Source: Leucoraja erinacea
Lineage: Eukaryota
Length of the DNA stretch: 64,000 bases
Direction: 5' to 3'
Assembly (NCBI RefSeq): GCF_028641065.1
Contig: NC_073391.1
Span: forward strand, 43,028,001 to 43,092,000
In this document: positions 61,505-64,000 of the stretch, piece by piece
Numbering within the stretch: the first letter of the stretch is position 1
Layout of the letters: the number at the start of each line of letters is the position of its first letter
The notes under the pieces: model-generated
Databases searched by the model: none
What the model was told of the DNA's origin: nothing
What the model saw: the letters and a program-made list of their open reading frames with translations, nothing else
Made by a program: the position numbers and the translations under genes

Positions 61505-62619
61505 TCTATATTACTAAAACTCTGTTCTTGACCGGTTTTGGCTTTCTGTGCTGCGGTTCCCGAGTATATGCCGCCACCTACGGCTGTCATTTTTGGCCAC
61601 CTCGCTCAGAGCCCCCCTCCGCCGCATGTGTGCTGAGGATTTTTCCCGTCGATGAAAATTGACAGAGATATTAATGTTTTTACAACATTCCCCATTCTCT
61701 CTGCTGCACCTGCTGGAGGGAGGGGGAGGGACTATAAAACCAGGAAGTGGTGTGCCTCAATCAGTCTCTGCAAGTGGTGTGCCTCAATCAGTCTCTGCAA
61801 GTGGTGTGCCTCAATCAGAGCTTTGAATGACACTGACAAATGTCTACAGCACTGTGAGTACCCTTAATTTGGTTTGAAAATGAAAATATGGTTAGAGATT
61901 AAAAAAAAGCACTGCCTGCAAATGGTTGTTTAGGTTGAAGTAAAAAGGCACTCTCTCTCCCCCCCTCCCTCTCCTTCCGCCCCCCTCCCTCTCCTCTCCC
62001 CCCCCCCCCCATCTTTCCTCTCTCCCCGTCTCCTCTGCCCCCCTATCCTCTGCCCCCCCTCTCCTCTGCCCCCCCCTCCCTCTGCCCCCCCCTCCCTGCC
62101 CCCCCCCCTCCCCTCACCCTCCCCCCTCTGCCCCCCCCTCCTCTCCCCCCCTCCCTCCCCTCCCCCCCCCGGACTGACTCTGGACTCTGGTCCCGTCCAC
62201 TCTCCCCCCCCCACCCTCCCTCTCCCCCCTCCCTCCCCCTCCTCTCCCCCCCCCCCTCCCTTCCCTCCCTCCCCCCCCTCCCCTCCCTTCCCCCCCCCCC
62301 CTCTCCCCCCCCCTCTCCCCCCCTCCCCCCTTTCTCTCCCCCTCTCCCTTTCCCCCCCCCCCTCCTCCCCCCCCCCTCCCCTCCCCCCTCCCCCCCCTTC
62401 CCCCTCCCCCCCCCTCCCCCCCCCCCTCCCCCCCCCCCCCCCCCTCTCCCTCTCCCCCTCCTCCCCTCCCTCTCGTCCTCTCTCTATCCGTCTCTCCGCC
62501 CTCCCCCCTCTCCACCCTTTTCTCCACTAGCTCTCTCCTCTCTTCCTCTCACCTTCCTTCCCTCTCTCCCCCCCTCTCCCCCCCTCTCCCCTCCCCCCCC
62601 CCTCCCCCCTACCCCCCCT

Positions 62620-62656
<37 letters not shown>

Positions 62657-62867
62657 TCCCCCCCCCTCCCCCCCCCCCCCCCCCCCCCCCCCCCACCCTC
62701 CCCCCCCCCCTCCCCCCCACCCCCCCTACCCCCCTCCCTCCCCCCCCACCTCCTCTCCCCCCCCTCATCTCTCTCCCCCCCCCTCTCTCACCCCCCCTCC
62801 CCTCATCTCCCCCTCTCTCCTCCTCTCCTCTCCCCCCCTCCTCCCCCCCTCTCTCCTCCCCCTCTCT

Positions 62868-62899
<32 letters not shown>

Positions 62900-63036
62900 C
62901 CCCCCCCCCCCCTCCCCCCTCTATTAGCGTGAGTGCGGGGGAGGGGGGGGGTAGTTAGTGTGTGATGCTGCATGCCGCCTCCCCCCCACAACCGCACGTT
63001 GGGGGAACAGACCCAACGGGTCTGCACTTGGTCTAG
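61505..63036 (+). mobile_element. Non-autonomous Helitron with a C-rich low-complexity interior
   Basis: 5' A|TCTATATTACTAAAA at 61505; 3' hairpin CAGACCC-AAC-GGGTCTG followed by CACTTGGTCTAG|T at 63036/63037; no TSD; internal 27-bp tandem repeat (61745-61820). Confidence 0.8.
61952..62920 (+). repeat. C-rich polypyrimidine low-complexity tract (G-rich on the gene D sense strand)
   Basis: Almost purely C/T for ~1 kb. Confidence 0.92.
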
Positions 63037-63521
63037 TAATATATATTTTTGAGCGTGAGAAGTTCTGTGATCGGCGCGAGAGCGTGAGAATTTAGTGATA
63101 TGCGTGAGTCTCACGCTCAATGCCTAAAGGGCGGCGGGGTGGCGCGGCGGTAGAGCTATTGCCTTGAAGCATCAGAGACCCGGGTTCGATCCTGAGTACG
63201 GGTGCTTGTCTATAGGTTCTCCCCGTGACCTGCATGAGTTTCCTCCAAGATCTTCGGTTTCCTCCCACACCCCAAAGACGTACAGGTTTGTAGGTTAATT
63301 GGCTTGGTATCAATGTAAATTGTCCCCAGTGAGTGCAGGACAGTGTTTTTGTGCGGGGATCGCTGTCCGGGGCGGACTCGGTGAGTCGCAGTTGCTGTTT
63401 CTGCACTGTATGTCTAAAGACTGAAAACTAAGCTTCTCTACTCATCCACCTAATGTTGGCGTCAGTGCCTGAGAAGGTCCTGATCTCCGATATCTCTGTG
63501 CAGAGTGAAGATGTCCCTTAC

Positions 63522-63566
63522 CTCATGCTGCTGTTCAGGATTCCGTCGTCCTTCCAATAACTGGCT
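63522..63566 (-). CDS. IFIT5-like: IFIT copy D exon 1 (coding nt 63526-63522, ATG-AG; 5' edge approximate)
   Basis: Plus strand ccttac|CTCATgctgc; ~4.9 kb intron 58617-63521. Confidence 0.85.
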
Positions 63567-63589
63567 GGACCAGAGACAGTGTGCGGTGT

Positions 63590-63657
63590 TTTTATAGTCC
63601 ACTGGGTGGGCTGAGTCCACATAGTTCACTCCCTGAAAGTGGAAATGAAACTGAAAC
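63590..63657 (-). promoter_or_regulatory. IFIT copy D promoter: TATA (63590-63596) and tandem ISRE (63635-63657)
   Basis: ttttata; GAAAGTGGAAATGAAACTGAAAC, identical to copy B. Confidence 0.85.
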
Positions 63658-63685
63658 AATCTAGTCTTAACTCTATGGTGACATT

Positions 63686-64000
63686 AGAGATAATATATAT
63701 AAGCAACTGGATAAACAGGGTCTGATTAGGAACAGTCAACATGGATTTGTGCCTGGAAGGTCATGTTTGACTAATCGTCTTGAATTTTTTGAAGATGTTA
63801 CTAGGGAAATTGATGAGGGTAAAGCAGTGGATGTTGCCTATATGGACTTTAGTAAGGCCTTTGACAAGGTTCCTCATGGAAGGTTGGTTAAGAAGGTTCA
63901 ACTGTTGGGTATAAATGCAGGAATAGCAAGATGGATTCAACAGTGGCTGAATGGGAGAAGCCAGAGGGTAATGGTGGATGGCTGTTTGTCGGGTTGGAGG
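63686..64000 (+). mobile_element. CR1 LINE RT fragment directly upstream of the D promoter (runs off the window)
   Basis: SQHGFVPGRSCLTN.LEFFEDVT...[16 protein letters not shown] read by eye. Confidence 0.85.

Larger units (their letters stand above)
52862..63683. repeat. Segmental duplication arm containing gene D (inverted copy of ~20783-31050)
   Basis: Shared ORF-track translations on opposite strands, e.g. 24665/59628, 25220/59094, 28702/55620, 30811/52893. Confidence 0.9.

Noticed and set aside
61745-61820. 27-bp tandem repeat, and other short repeats such as 49990-50070, as CRISPR-like arrays
   Set aside because: No spacers and a eukaryotic context; these are simple tandem duplications inside transposons.

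Overview
Vertebrate genomic DNA, most likely a cartilaginous fish such as a skate or ray (inferred from abundant HE1-like V-SINEs and CR1/HER1-like LINEs). The window holds a four-gene IFIT (interferon-induced TPR protein, IFIT5/IFIT1-like) cluster arranged A(+) B(+) | C(-) D(-). Each gene has the classic IFIT layout: a short exon 1 ending ATG-AG|GTAAG behind a TATA box and (in B, C, D) a tandem ISRE, a 5-10 kb repeat-filled phase-2 intron, and one large coding exon. B, C and D encode intact 479-aa proteins. A has lost its ISRE, carries a CAA>TAA stop and has a 3' deletion, so it is a probable pseudogene. By introns and flanks the inverted duplicates pair as A/C and B/D, but the 3' halves of the coding exons pair as A/B and C/D. 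The four genes therefore hold all four combinations of two N-terminal and two C-terminal haplotypes. The rest is transposable elements: CR1, Rex1/Babar, Penelope-like elements with hammerhead-ribozyme-type motifs, Gypsy, Tc1, hAT and Harbinger MITEs, a Helitron, SINEs, and a ~3.1 kb long-TIR foldback element at the strand-switch point. All comparisons were made by eye and repeat boundaries are approximate.
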